The position numbers and the translations under genes are program-made. Under the pieces are notes generated by a model. The model saw only the letters and a list, made by a program, of their open reading frames with translations. It did not search any database and had not been told where the DNA came from. From Deltaproteobacteria bacterium (GTDB lineage: Bacteria; Desulfobacterota; DSM-4660; Desulfatiglandales; HGW-15), in the NCBI GenBank assembly GCA_019310485.1, contig JAFDEF010000007.1, positions 4,434-68,433 on the forward strand: a stretch of 64,000 nucleotides of DNA. Direction: 5' to 3'. Shown in pieces: positions 37,843 through 46,982 of the stretch. The stretch's first letter is position 1. Each line of letters begins with the position of its first letter.

Positions 37843-39030
37843 ATGGCATTATCCCAAGAAAGATTAGGACGATATAATCCCGAAAAACCAATGGAAAACA
37901 GGATCACAGACCTGGGGCCAAGGCATTTCTGGCAGTATTTTCCGCCTGTTATACAAAAGAACTACGGAAAATGGCTTTATCACGAAATTCTGGAGCCCGG
38001 CGTTTTGGTCCATGTTTCAGAAACAGGCGATAAAGTTTTCACAGTCAGGTGTGGCGGGTGCAGGTTCATGAGCGTAGAGCATGTGAGGGAGATTTGCGAG
38101 ATAGCGGACAAATATTGTGACGGATATGTGCGCTTTACCACCCGTAACAATATTGAGTTCATGGTAACAAGCACGGATAAGCTCGAAGCCTTGAAAAAAG
38201 ACCTTATTAGCCGAAAGCATGTATCCGGGAGCTATAAGTTTCCCATCGGCGGCACTGGGGCCGGCCTCACCAATATAGTTCACACCCAGGGCTATTTGCA
38301 CTGTCACACGCCTGCAACCGATGCTTCCTCAATGGTGAAGGCCGTAATGGATGAGCTCTTTGACTATTTTCAGGGCATGACTCTTCCTGCTCAGGTAAGG
38401 ATATCCATGGCATGCTGTCTGAATATGTGTGGTGCCGTGCATTGTTCTGACATAGCCCTTCTGGGTTATCATCGAAAGCCACCTGTCATTGACCATGAGG
38501 TTATAGATAAGGTATGCGAGATTCCACTTGTTATAGCGGCGTGTCCCACAGGAGCAATCTCACCGGCCAAGACCGAGGACGGCCAGAAGACAGTAAAAAT
38601 CAAAGAGGAACGCTGCATGTTCTGCGGTAATTGCTATACCATGTGTATGGCTGTTCCGCTTTCCGATAAAGAAGGAGACGGTGTCACAATCATGGCTGGG
38701 GGCAAGGTGTCAAACCGAATGTCGCAACCCAAGTTTTCCAAAGTAGTTGTTCCATGGGTGCCGAACAACTTTCCCCGCTATCCGGAGGTTTGCGAGTCAG
38801 TCAAGAAGATTCTCGAGGCCTATGCCAAAGATGCCAATAAGTATGAGCGAATTGGAGACTGGGCAGAAAGAATAGGATGGGAAAAGTTCTTTGAAAAGTG
38901 TGACCTTCCGTTTACCGAGCACCTTATTGATGATTATCGCTTGGCATATGACACATACAGGACTTCCAGCCAGTTCAAGTATACCGACGCAGCCTGGGAA
39001 GTTTCAAAGGCGGCCGGCGGTATTGATTAG
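37843..39030 (+). CDS. dsrB: Dissimilatory sulfite reductase beta subunit
   Basis: [41 protein letters not shown] and [11 protein letters not shown] match DsrB. Confidence 0.95.
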   Translation: MALSQERLGRYNPEKPMENRITDLGPRHFWQYFPPVIQKNYGKWLYHEILEPGVLVHVSETGDKVFTVRCGGCRFMSVEHVREICEIADKYCDGYVRFTTRNNIEFMVTSTDKLEALKKDLISRKHVSGSYKFPIGGTGAGLTNIVHTQGYLHCHTPATDASSMVKAVMDELFDYFQGMTLPAQVRISMACCLNMCGAVHCSDIALLGYHRKPPVIDHEVIDKVCEIPLVIAACPTGAISPAKTEDGQKTVKIKEERCMFCGNCYTMCMAVPLSDKEGDGVTIMAGGKVSNRMSQPKFSKVVVPWVPNNFPRYPEVCESVKKILEAYAKDANKYERIGDWAERIGWEKFFEKCDLPFTEHLIDDYRLAYDTYRTSSQFKYTDAAWEVSKAAGGID

Positions 39031-39047
39031 GGTACGATTTAGCTAAA

Positions 39048-39156
39048 GTAAACCCTGTGGAATTTCGCACGGGGCATTGAACCCCGTGCGAAAAAGCGGG
39101 AAAAAACTTTATTTACCATCCCCGTGCTCCCGCATGGGGCATTCCTACGGGGTAAA
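39048..39156 (+). repeat. Family-2 structured repeat, in the dsrB-dsrD spacer
   Basis: 109 bp in the same orientation as the other three copies. Its 3' end (GGGGTAAA) runs directly into the dsrD SD (AAGGAG). Confidence 0.9.
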
Positions 39157-39167
39157 GGAGCATGACC

Positions 39168-39398
39168 ATGGAAGACATACGAAAGGCAATTCTTGACTTT
39201 GCCGAGGGAAGTAAGAAAACAAAATTTTATTTCAAGGACATGGAGAGGGCTGTGCAAAAGGTTATTCCTGGAGCAAAAGCCAGGGACATCAAAAAGGCGG
39301 CTACTGCCCTTGTCAACGAAGAGAAACTGGTCTTTTTTTCCACCGGCAGTACCACCATGTATGGCCTGAAGGGACGCGGTCAAACGGAAGACCACTAG
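39168..39398 (+). CDS. dsrD: DsrD
   Basis: Contains ...KFYFKDM...VNEEKLVFFSTGSTTMYGLKG, which is DsrD-like. The ATG at 39168 lies 7 nt after AAGGAG; the upstream ATG at 39162 is only 1 nt after it. Confidence 0.9.
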   Translation: MEDIRKAILDFAEGSKKTKFYFKDMERAVQKVIPGAKARDIKKAATALVNEEKLVFFSTGSTTMYGLKGRGQTEDH

Positions 39399-39433
39399 GC
39401 CTGATTTTGATCTTTGGTTTATGAAATGGTGTT

Positions 39434-39471
39434 GAGGTCGCTTTCCCAGGGGGAGAGCGACCTCTTTTATT
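39434..39471 (+). terminator. Probable intrinsic terminator after dsrD
   Basis: GAGGTCGC...GCGACCTC stem followed by TTTTATT. Confidence 0.55.
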
Positions 39472-39484
39472 AAAGGGATTTCCA

Positions 39485-40111
39485 GTGAAAGAACCACAGG
39501 ACTCTGAGGAATTCATTGCTGAGCAGAAAAAAATCCTTGCGGAAAACCCTGAATGCGCTAGTTCTCAGTACAATCTGGGTGTTGCGCTGATGGAGCAGGG
39601 TAAATTCGATGAAGCGATTCCCTTTTTCGAGGAAGCAATTGCCAATAGCGGTCGGATGTTTGAGGGATGGGTAAATCTGGGATATATTTATTTCAAGAAA
39701 GGCAAACTTGATAAGGTAGCAGAGGCTAATAGAAACGCTGTTGCAATTGAGCCCAGGTACGCTCGCGGATATGCAAACCTCGGATTTGCCTATCTCCAGA
39801 TGGCAAGGACAGATGAGGCGATAGCAGCGCTTGAAAAAGCCATCGAGCTGAATCCGGATATTGTCCAGGCCTGGAACAACCTAACCAATGCCTATCTTCA
39901 AAAAGGCGACGTAGGAAAAGCCATAGAAACCGGCAAGAAACTTCTGGAACTGGCTCCAACCTTTGCCCTGGGACATAATAACCTTGGATATGCATATTAT
40001 GTAAAAGGTGCCTATGAAAAGGCAATCAAGCATGTGGACAGGGCCAGGGAGCTGGGGTTCCAGGTTCCCCGTGAATTCCTGGAAAAACTGGAACCTTACC
40101 GTAAGAAATGA
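39485..40111 (+). CDS. Tetratricopeptide-repeat protein
   Basis: 208 aa with repeated TPR-like units (A..Y.NLG.AY...G..DEAI..FEKAIELNP). Confidence 0.8.
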   Translation: MKEPQDSEEFIAEQKKILAENPECASSQYNLGVALMEQGKFDEAIPFFEEAIANSGRMFEGWVNLGYIYFKKGKLDKVAEANRNAVAIEPRYARGYANLGFAYLQMARTDEAIAALEKAIELNPDIVQAWNNLTNAYLQKGDVGKAIETGKKLLELAPTFALGHNNLGYAYYVKGAYEKAIKHVDRARELGFQVPREFLEKLEPYRKK

Positions 40112-40746
40112 ATCCCACTCAGTTTTTCCGAAGCTATGAATTTCTGGTGGACAGGGCTGATGCTTTCTTCGCGAAAATGGAGAAAGGCTACGGCTCGTGT
40201 ATCAATTGCAAGAGGCACTGCTCTGATTGTTGTCAGGCCGTATTCGGGTTGTTCCTGATCGAGTCGGCCTACATAAAATCTCGTTTCGACCAGCTTGACC
40301 CTGATACAAGGAAACAGGCCATTTTGAGGTGCAATGAGGCTGACAGGGGTCTGAAAAGACTCGAGACAAAGCTGGAGATCAATAATGGCGACCCGGAAGC
40401 CCAGTCCTCAATTATGGCAAAAGAAAGAATCCGTTGTCCCCTCTTGGACGATAACGAGGACTGTATCCTTTACACGAACCGTCCCATAACGTGCCGCGTA
40501 TATGGTGCCCCTACAAGAATCCATGGCAAAGTCAGGGCTTGCAGCAGGTCAGGGTTCAAGGCAGGCGAACGGTATCCGGTATTTGACCTTGACGGCACTT
40601 ACAGGGAACTTTACTTGCTCTCAAGAGAGTTCCTGAGTACTGCGGGAGACGCTGATCCTGAAAAAGCCTCTTTGCTTATCTCTGTTTCAAAAGCAATAAG
40701 AACGCCACTAGAGGAGCTCGTATACGAGATCTTCCGACGAGGTTAA
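40108..40746 (+). CDS. YkgJ-family Cys-cluster protein (CxxCxxCC putative Fe/Zn-binding domain)
   Basis: CINCKRHCSDCC near the N-terminus and a later CPLL...C...C. Its start overlaps the TPR gene stop (ATGA). Confidence 0.7.
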   Translation: MNPTQFFRSYEFLVDRADAFFAKMEKGYGSCINCKRHCSDCCQAVFGLFLIESAYIKSRFDQLDPDTRKQAILRCNEADRGLKRLETKLEINNGDPEAQSSIMAKERIRCPLLDDNEDCILYTNRPITCRVYGAPTRIHGKVRACSRSGFKAGERYPVFDLDGTYRELYLLSREFLSTAGDADPEKASLLISVSKAIRTPLEELVYEIFRRG

Positions 40747-40865
40747 ATGAACTTCCCCGCCGCAAGCAGCGGGGTATCAATCGGAAACCATCTTAACCGC
40801 CCCAAGGGGCGGGGAATCAAAGCCTTGTCCGCCAGAGGCGGATTAATCCGCCTCTGGCGGATTGC
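40746..40865 (-). repeat. Family-1 structured repeat, subfamily 1b long form
   Basis: About 120 bp, inverted relative to 59021-59121, with one extra 19-nt CCGCC...GGCGG module. It begins at the last base of the ykgJ-like stop codon. Confidence 0.9.
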
Positions 40866-40882
40866 AGGACACAGAGGTGCGG

Positions 40883-42001
40883 TCAAATCGCAGACCTAGA
40901 CTGTATCTTTTCTAAACAATATGATGCCAGGTCCGATACTGAGGTGTTTTCCAGTTGCCCGTTTTGATAGATCACGATGGCTGAGTGGTCTTTTACAAGA
41001 CTCTCCACCTCCTCTCTCACTTCGCGCGCCTCCAGGTTTGCCAGAAGTATTAATGTGTAAGCTCTTACCTCCGGGTCGGAATGATAGAGGAGAGGGAAGA
41101 ATTGAAATGTTTCCTTCCTGATGAGTTGTGGTTTTTTTTCACTTATTCTTCCCAGGGCGCGCAAAATATTTACAAGGAAAGTCCTATCCCTGGTCAAAGC
41201 ATACAATTGAGGAATATACTCCGAGAGTGAAAATTCCTCAGGGCAGTGACCTATGATCTCTCCAATAGCATCAAGGGCACCCCAGCTTGAGGCAGCCGTG
41301 TCCGTAATGGAGATAAACAGCCCTTGAAGGAGCCTCGAGATTGCACCTGGATTTTTCGCCGCTATCAAAGCTGAAACTCTTCCAAGTGCCTCTGCGGCCC
41401 TATAGCGTAAAAGATCGTCGGCAGAGTAAAGAAGCCTTTTAAGGTCCGGTATGATCCTGGTTCCCTGCTCAGCGAGGGCCAAAATCGAGCCGAGATCATA
41501 GCTTTTGACAAATTTCTCCACATCTCTTTTTGAGAACTTTTTTCTTTTAGTGGTTCTTGCGGTTGACTCTGGAACAGGTGTCCTGGGTTGCCGGGTATGT
41601 TTTGAAACGCTTTTCCTGGCCGTTTCGCGAACGTGGTCATAAAGTCTGATAAAATATAGGGTGCCTGCTATGCGTCTCCCCCTAAAAGCTCCAGCATGAA
41701 CGATGAAGTGCGTTTCGTAGTCATAGTGCTCGAGCCGGCTTTCAATATAGTCATCTTCAGGTAAAAGGTTCCACGCCAGATCGTAGTCCCCGCCGCAAGC
41801 ATAAACAAGGGCCTCTATCATGGCTGTGCCGAGGTTATGACCCGTCACATCGCAGGAGTAAACTGCCCCGCATTCGCATGCTCCTAGTGGCATCTCGTTG
41901 GGCAAACTGGTGATGATCTCTTCGGGCTTTTCAATTAACCTGCCGCAAAAGGGACAAAGAGGCTTTTGGATTATTTCCCTGCCTATGAATTTCCCTTCCA
42001 T
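40883..42001 (-). CDS. Conserved hypothetical protein with a Cys-rich N-terminal domain and HEAT-like C-terminal repeats
   Basis: 372 aa with CPFCG...CECG at the N-terminus. The C-terminal half has HEAT-like helices (DPEVRAYTLILLANL). Confidence 0.6.
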   Translation of the reverse strand: MEGKFIGREIIQKPLCPFCGRLIEKPEEIITSLPNEMPLGACECGAVYSCDVTGHNLGTAMIEALVYACGGDYDLAWNLLPEDDYIESRLEHYDYETHFIVHAGAFRGRRIAGTLYFIRLYDHVRETARKSVSKHTRQPRTPVPESTARTTKRKKFSKRDVEKFVKSYDLGSILALAEQGTRIIPDLKRLLYSADDLLRYRAAEALGRVSALIAAKNPGAISRLLQGLFISITDTAASSWGALDAIGEIIGHCPEEFSLSEYIPQLYALTRDRTFLVNILRALGRISEKKPQLIRKETFQFFPLLYHSDPEVRAYTLILLANLEAREVREEVESLVKDHSAIVIYQNGQLENTSVSDLASYCLEKIQSRSAI

Positions 42002-42018
42002 CTCCTGTTCCAGTAAGT

Positions 42019-42312
42019 TCAGAGGTCCAGCTCTAAGCTCCGGGCATCCTCGTCGTATTCGAAGTCAACAATTTCAAATCCTCTGCCCCTTGAAGTGAAG
42101 CGCGCCTGCCAATTCTTGTATTTCGTGCCAGCAAAGTCGCAGCATATCACACCGTTCCGAGCCTGCAGTTTTTGAAGCTTGGGCACTACATCGTTAAGGA
42201 AAACTTCTCTTATTTGGTTTTTTTCCTCGTCATCCAGTTCGGGCTGGAATGCGGGAAGAGGTTCTTTGCTATGCGTTGTTTCTGTCTGCTTCATAAATGC
42301 CTGGATTTTCAC
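42019..42312 (-). CDS. Hypothetical protein
   Basis: 97-aa ORF, co-directional with the preceding gene and 18 nt upstream of it. Confidence 0.5.
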   Translation of the reverse strand: MKIQAFMKQTETTHSKEPLPAFQPELDDEEKNQIREVFLNDVVPKLQKLQARNGVICCDFAGTKYKNWQARFTSRGRGFEIVDFEYDEDARSLELDL

Positions 42313-42371
42313 CCTATTGTTGTTGATGCACTAATCTTCCACGATTACCTTCAAAGAGGGGAGCTGGTTTG

Positions 42372-42617
42372 CTATTTCGTATACCCCGGAAGATCGAGAG
42401 TCATGCACGAGTTAGCTGGGCCGCAAGATTTTGTGCTAATTTTTGCCTTTTTGCCCCCTTTTCCGGTTCCCATCACATAGTTGGTCGCGCTCACAACGCG
42501 TTCGAGATTTGTGCCATGGCATTCTGGACACGACAGATCTGCCTCATGATTGGGACTCGTAAAGAGCATTTCAAAGACATTTCCACATTTCATGCATCTA
42601 AACTCAAAAATAGGCAT
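42372..42617 (-). CDS. FmdB-family zinc-ribbon protein
   Basis: MPIFEFRCMKCGNVFE...CPECHG is the typical CxxC...CxxC FmdB/zinc-ribbon N-terminus. Confidence 0.8.
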   Translation of the reverse strand: MPIFEFRCMKCGNVFEMLFTSPNHEADLSCPECHGTNLERVVSATNYVMGTGKGGKKAKISTKSCGPANSCMTLDLPGYTK

Positions 42618-42760
42618 TGTGTTTCTCCTACTTTGGTGCCGATTGAAGATTTGCTTCTACTGTTTTGTTAAACTATAGTTACTTGAGTTCACTAAGTCAA
42701 ATGAAAGGCAAAGAGAAACCTTTGTGATTAGCGGATATTTTTGAAAAGATGGACTAAGAA

Positions 42761-43621
42761 ATGATTCTTTCGTTTCACCCATGCTTTGAGACGCACTGCC
42801 AGATTATTTTAGGGGATAAAGGATTACACCCGAGCCACCTGCCTCTTATCCGCCGGGCTGAAGCCATCATTCTTCCCCAGACGTGCTCGCCTGAGCTCTA
42901 CAAAGCGTGCAAGGAGTCAGCTGCCCTCTTGTTTCCTAACTACGATGTAAGGTTTCTGTATCCGGGAAAACTGGGTCAGAGTCTCCTCTTTGAAATAATC
43001 GGGCTCCCTCACCCCAAGACTATGAGATGGAACTCAGTGAGAGATTACGAGCTGTCGTTTTCGGGCAAGAAGGGGGGGTATCCGCACAAATTGCCTTTTT
43101 TCGTCAAGGCGGATAGAAGCCACGAGGCTGAAGGGGTTTTTCTGGTCAGTGATGAAAGAAGCCTTGAATCGGCTCTTGCATACCTCAGGGACCTGGAGAA
43201 TTCAGGATTTTCAGGTTTTGCCACTCAAGAGTGCATAAGAACAGAAGGAAACGTGCTTCGGGCAGTTATCGTGGGGAAAAGGATTATTACTTACTGGAAA
43301 AGGCCGAGCAGGCCTGGCCAGATGATAACCACCATCGGCAGAGGGTGCATAGTCGACAAGGGCTGGAGAGAGGACCTTCAAGATATTGCCCGAGCAGCTG
43401 CACTACAATTTTCAAAAAGGACAGGGGCAAATCTGGCTGCAGTGGATTTTGTCTTTTCCTCTGCCCAACCCAGTCCTCTGGCTCTGTTTCTGGAAATAAA
43501 TTACTATTTCGGAAGGAGGGGGCTGGGAGGCTCAAAGAGTTACTACCAGCTCTTATACGAGGCTATTGTGGAGTGGCTGATTGAGAATAAAATGGATCCA
43601 CAGTCAGTCAAGCTCGTGTAG
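42761..43621 (+). CDS. Probable ATP-grasp domain protein
   Basis: 286 aa with an ATP-grasp-like layout (PFFVKADRSHEAEGVFLV, QECI...RAVIVG, AAVDFVF...LEINYYFG). Assigned from pattern memory only. Confidence 0.55.
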   Translation: MILSFHPCFETHCQIILGDKGLHPSHLPLIRRAEAIILPQTCSPELYKACKESAALLFPNYDVRFLYPGKLGQSLLFEIIGLPHPKTMRWNSVRDYELSFSGKKGGYPHKLPFFVKADRSHEAEGVFLVSDERSLESALAYLRDLENSGFSGFATQECIRTEGNVLRAVIVGKRIITYWKRPSRPGQMITTIGRGCIVDKGWREDLQDIARAAALQFSKRTGANLAAVDFVFSSAQPSPLALFLEINYYFGRRGLGGSKSYYQLLYEAIVEWLIENKMDPQSVKLV

Positions 43622-43662
43622 TTCTCCTTCGAGCTTTACCTCGCCTGCAGAAGCCCCCGGCT

Positions 43663-43781
43663 TTAATCCGCCAGGGGCGGACGAGCCCGCCAGAGGCGGA
43701 CAAGGGTTCAATTCCCCGCCCCTTGGGGCGTTAAGAAAATTTCCGATTGATACCCCGTCCGCTTGCAGCGGGGTAGTTAAT
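43663..43781 (+). repeat. Family-1 structured repeat, subfamily 1a
   Basis: 119 bp bounded by TTAAT at both ends. Lies in the convergent gap between the ATP-grasp gene and yjbQ. Confidence 0.9.
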
Positions 43782-43806
43782 CCTGGCGGCTCGAGCGGTG
43801 CTGGAC

Positions 43807-44202
43807 CTATTTGACCAAGTTAACGTAAACTCTGCGGGAGCGGGGGCCGTCAAATTCACAGAAGAATATCTTCTGCCACGTTCCAAGAACGAGCCTTCCT
43901 TTTTCCACAATAACGGAAACGGAATTTCCAATTAAGGAAGCCTTGATATGGCTGTCTGCATTCCCTTCCATGTGCCGATACCCGGCATTTGGGGGAACCA
44001 GTTCTTTCAATTTTGCAATGATATCTTCACAAACAGCCGGATCTGCCCCCTCGTTTATGGTCACCCCCGCAGTGGTGTGCGGCACATAGACAAAGCACAT
44101 GCCCTCCTCAGCCCCCGCTTTTGACACTTCTTTTTGAACCAGGGAGGTGATATCAACCATGTCGACCCTGGAACCGGTTTTTAGGCTAATGCTAATAGGC
44201 AT
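43807..44202 (-). CDS. yjbQ: YjbQ/UPF0047 family protein (secondary thiamine-phosphate synthase-like)
   Basis: 131 aa with the YjbQ-like sequences VPHTTAGVTINEGADP and NADSHIKASLIG. Confidence 0.85.
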   Translation of the reverse strand: MPISISLKTGSRVDMVDITSLVQKEVSKAGAEEGMCFVYVPHTTAGVTINEGADPAVCEDIIAKLKELVPPNAGYRHMEGNADSHIKASLIGNSVSVIVEKGRLVLGTWQKIFFCEFDGPRSRRVYVNLVK

Positions 44203-44273
44203 ATTGTGACCCTCTTCTCAGAGCTAGTTCAAGTGTAAGGTGAAAGTCTCGTCTGGATTTTGGTCCACGGTTT

Positions 44274-44384
44274 TCAATCCGCCAGAGGCGGATTAATCCG
44301 CCTCTGGCGGACAAGGGTTTGATTCCCCGCCCCTTGGGGCGGTTAAGATGGTTTCCGATTGATACCCCGCTGCTTGCGGCGGGG
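44274..44384 (+). repeat. Family-1 structured repeat, subfamily 1b long form with divergent 3' end
   Basis: Starts with TCAAT and carries the double first module. The usual AAGTTCAAT end is missing. It sits between yjbQ and the upstream hypothetical gene. Confidence 0.85.
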
Positions 44385-44402
44385 CCTCCTCAGGATAACG
44401 AA

Positions 44403-44726
44403 TCAATAAACTTTGCTTCGAGGTGCTTTTCCGGCGAGCGGATTGTAAAGCTTAACTATTGCAACCTTCATGCAATCAAGGGTCTTTGAAGTTGTTATAA
44501 CTTCAAGCAACTTCTGCTGTGCATCGTCGGGTAGAACACAAGCATTCGAAGAGTCGAATTCAAGATCAGGGAACGCCTTGAGGAGCTTTTTTTGTTCCTT
44601 GGGACCAACCGCAACTTTAACAGCTTTTTTGCCGCCTATTTCTTCTACATGCTCTCCAAGTCCTGCATCCTCAACCTTTTTCAACTGTTCGTCATCCAGA
44701 AACACGTTAATACAATAATCTGCCAT
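44403..44726 (-). CDS. Hypothetical protein
   Basis: The ATG at 44726 has AGGAGG 7 nt upstream; the ORF extends to 44765. No motif recognised. Confidence 0.5.
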   Translation of the reverse strand: MADYCINVFLDDEQLKKVEDAGLGEHVEEIGGKKAVKVAVGPKEQKKLLKAFPDLEFDSSNACVLPDDAQQKLLEVITTSKTLDCMKVAIVKLYNPLAGKAPRSKVY

Positions 44727-45120
44727 TGATTTACCTCCTGTTAAGTATTCAAAATCCACGGCCACCTGAAAGATGACCTATAGCTTTTTGCCTCGCCGCC
44801 TGATAAAAGGATCTTTGCGAGACCATTAATTCAACCTCAATATTGCCGACAGAGTAGTCCTACTGTCAAGGGGTCGCTGCTTTTTTCTTTATCATGTTTG
44901 CTCTTAATTTATTCTGTAAGTTGAAGATGTTACAACCCCGGAGCCACCCGTTTTTCGCGAACATCTATATTATGAAGAATGCACAATTGTCAATACCATA
45001 AATCAGCGCTCAAGTGTTAAGTGTCTTGTTGGTATATCTTTTTTTGGTGATGCCTCGGCTCTTTGACCCATGGTGATGGGGCTCGAAGGGAAGATAAACG
45101 GCCCGATGATTGGATCAGGT

Positions 45121-46326
45121 CTATGGGGGAAGGATAATCCCTGTGGAAGGGGTTGAGAGGAGGTTCTCGTCCTCATCCTTTTTATCCTGCGCCCCCTCGA
45201 GGTAATATTCCAGGCTATGGTTCACCATTTCCATAAGAAAAACATTTTCTCTAAAAACAGATTGTTTTTCCGCCAGGCTGCTTGCAGCCGCTAGCGAAAG
45301 ACGGGCGTTAGTTTCATCTTCGAGCTTGAAAAACATGTAGGCCATTTCTTCAAGGCGGTTTTTCATAACCTTACGCCTCTTGGGCGGGTACAGGTTTGCT
45401 ATAGCCTCCTTCTTCAATTCCTCGATACGATCTAGTTTTTGAGATTCGGAGACAAGGATTGGGCTTTGTTCGGCTTTTATTATCTCCTCCACCAGAGGTT
45501 TTAGTTCTTCAGGATCAAGGATCCAAGTTGCCATCAAATCGTTCTCGAGCAGCTTTCTAGCCTGCGAAACCGTGATCTCCCCACTTGGTGCATTCCCTTC
45601 ACCAATTAATTCATATACAGGAGGGGCATCAAGGAGCTCAGTGCGCTCGAGGAGCCAGGCCCTAAGTTCGAGATATGCCCGCGAGGATTGATCCGATGGA
45701 CTTTCTTTTTTTCTGTATGCATTTTCAAGAACCGTGGCCGCATGGGCAAGGGTTGTCTCGACCATTGGCTCTACTCTCTCAAAGAAGAATTTTTTTACCT
45801 CTTGGGCTTGTTTCCTGCTGAACTTATTTGCTGCGAATTCCATGATTCCATTTTCATCGCTGGCCACTGCGGTGACAACGGTCATCCCTTTTGGAATTTG
45901 AGGTGCCATAATGAACACGCCGCGTGCCCCCGTGCCGTCAATGGGCCCAACGTAAGCCAAGGGTTGAGAGACTTGAACTTTCTTGAGGATAATTCCCTCG
46001 CTTTTTTCAGGCTCAAGGTCAGGAACTGAGATGCCGCTTTGTTTCAGCTTAAAAGCTGCTTTCCTGATTGCCTTTCGAACCTCTTTCTGGTCAAAAAGCT
46101 CCTTTATTGCCAGAAGAATATTACTGGCGCGCGGGTCATTGGCAGGGAGATTATCTATGAGTGCGCAGGCAAGCTTGGGGCTTGAGAGATTCTGCTTCAA
46201 ATCAGAAAGGATGACGTCTGGTGATTTTTCGAGCAAGCCGCCTAGAGTTGCTTCCTCTTCCGGAGACAGTACAACCGAGCTAGGTGCCTTTTTTCTGTCA
46301 GCTTTTTTCTTCTTCCTGGCTTTCAA
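45121..46326 (-). CDS. Hypothetical protein with Lys-rich N-terminus
   Basis: 401-aa ORF (MKARKKKKADRKKAP...). Its composition is consistent with coding sequence, but no motif was recognised. Confidence 0.6.
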   Translation of the reverse strand: MKARKKKKADRKKAPSSVVLSPEEEATLGGLLEKSPDVILSDLKQNLSSPKLACALIDNLPANDPRASNILLAIKELFDQKEVRKAIRKAAFKLKQSGISVPDLEPEKSEGIILKKVQVSQPLAYVGPIDGTGARGVFIMAPQIPKGMTVVTAVASDENGIMEFAANKFSRKQAQEVKKFFFERVEPMVETTLAHAATVLENAYRKKESPSDQSSRAYLELRAWLLERTELLDAPPVYELIGEGNAPSGEITVSQARKLLENDLMATWILDPEELKPLVEEIIKAEQSPILVSESQKLDRIEELKKEAIANLYPPKRRKVMKNRLEEMAYMFFKLEDETNARLSLAAASSLAEKQSVFRENVFLMEMVNHSLEYYLEGAQDKKDEDENLLSTPSTGIILPP

Positions 46327-46783
46327 GGAAAGCTATGCTCCACTCTATCAAGGAATTGGCTCCAGCTCCTTGCATACGCAACCGCATGCTGAAGGAGCCT
46401 TTATTCAAACACTAAAGCAAAATTATTTTACCTGCACAAAAAAATCAACATAAAACGCATGCCCCCATCCACCATTAAGCCATCATGTGCAGCACCTGCA
46501 AGCCCGTTTGGTCGAGCTCAAGAAGATCCCCCAATGCCCCCTGTTGTGCTTCAAACCACGTGGTCTGAAAAGGTCATCTCGCTCCAAAGTCCCAGCTTCT
46601 ATCTCGGTTAGAGAGGCATCGACGACATGGTGTCTCACCCGCCCCACCCTTGAGTGACATTTAGCGCAGCCTCGGTTACAGTCGCCCTCCGTTTAAGGAA
46701 ACAGGAGCTATATGAGCCATTTTAACAGCGAACCCATGCTGGAGCTCCTTGACTTCAGGCACGAGGCCTTTTTATAGTAAAAA

Positions 46784-46892
46784 GTAAACCCTGTGGAATT
46801 TCGCACGGGGCATTGAACCCCGTGCGAAAAAGCGGAAAAAAACTTTATTTACCATCCCCGTGCTCCCGCACGGGGCGTTCCTACGGGGTAAA
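46784..46892 (+). repeat. Family-2 structured repeat, 91 nt upstream of rnc
   Basis: 109 bp. By hand alignment, identical to the 31091-31199 copy. Confidence 0.9.
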
Positions 46893-46982
46893 CACTTGCA
46901 GGGTACCCCTGGCGCGTATATTAGAGGGCCGCCTTCTGAGCTAAATAAGGGGCTCCATTCCTGCGCATGAAGGGAGGAGAAG

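Noticed and set aside
39039-39497. ORFs that read through family-2 repeats and share the peptide ...RRNAPCGSTGMVNKVF.RFFARGSMPRAKFHRVYF.. (39039-39497 minus, 46772-46999 minus; also 31033-31233 plus)
   Set aside because: The shared peptide is just the repeat translated. The starts, stops and flanking residues differ, and the 39039-39497 frame also runs antisense across the well-supported dsrD gene. There is no evidence of a conserved protein.
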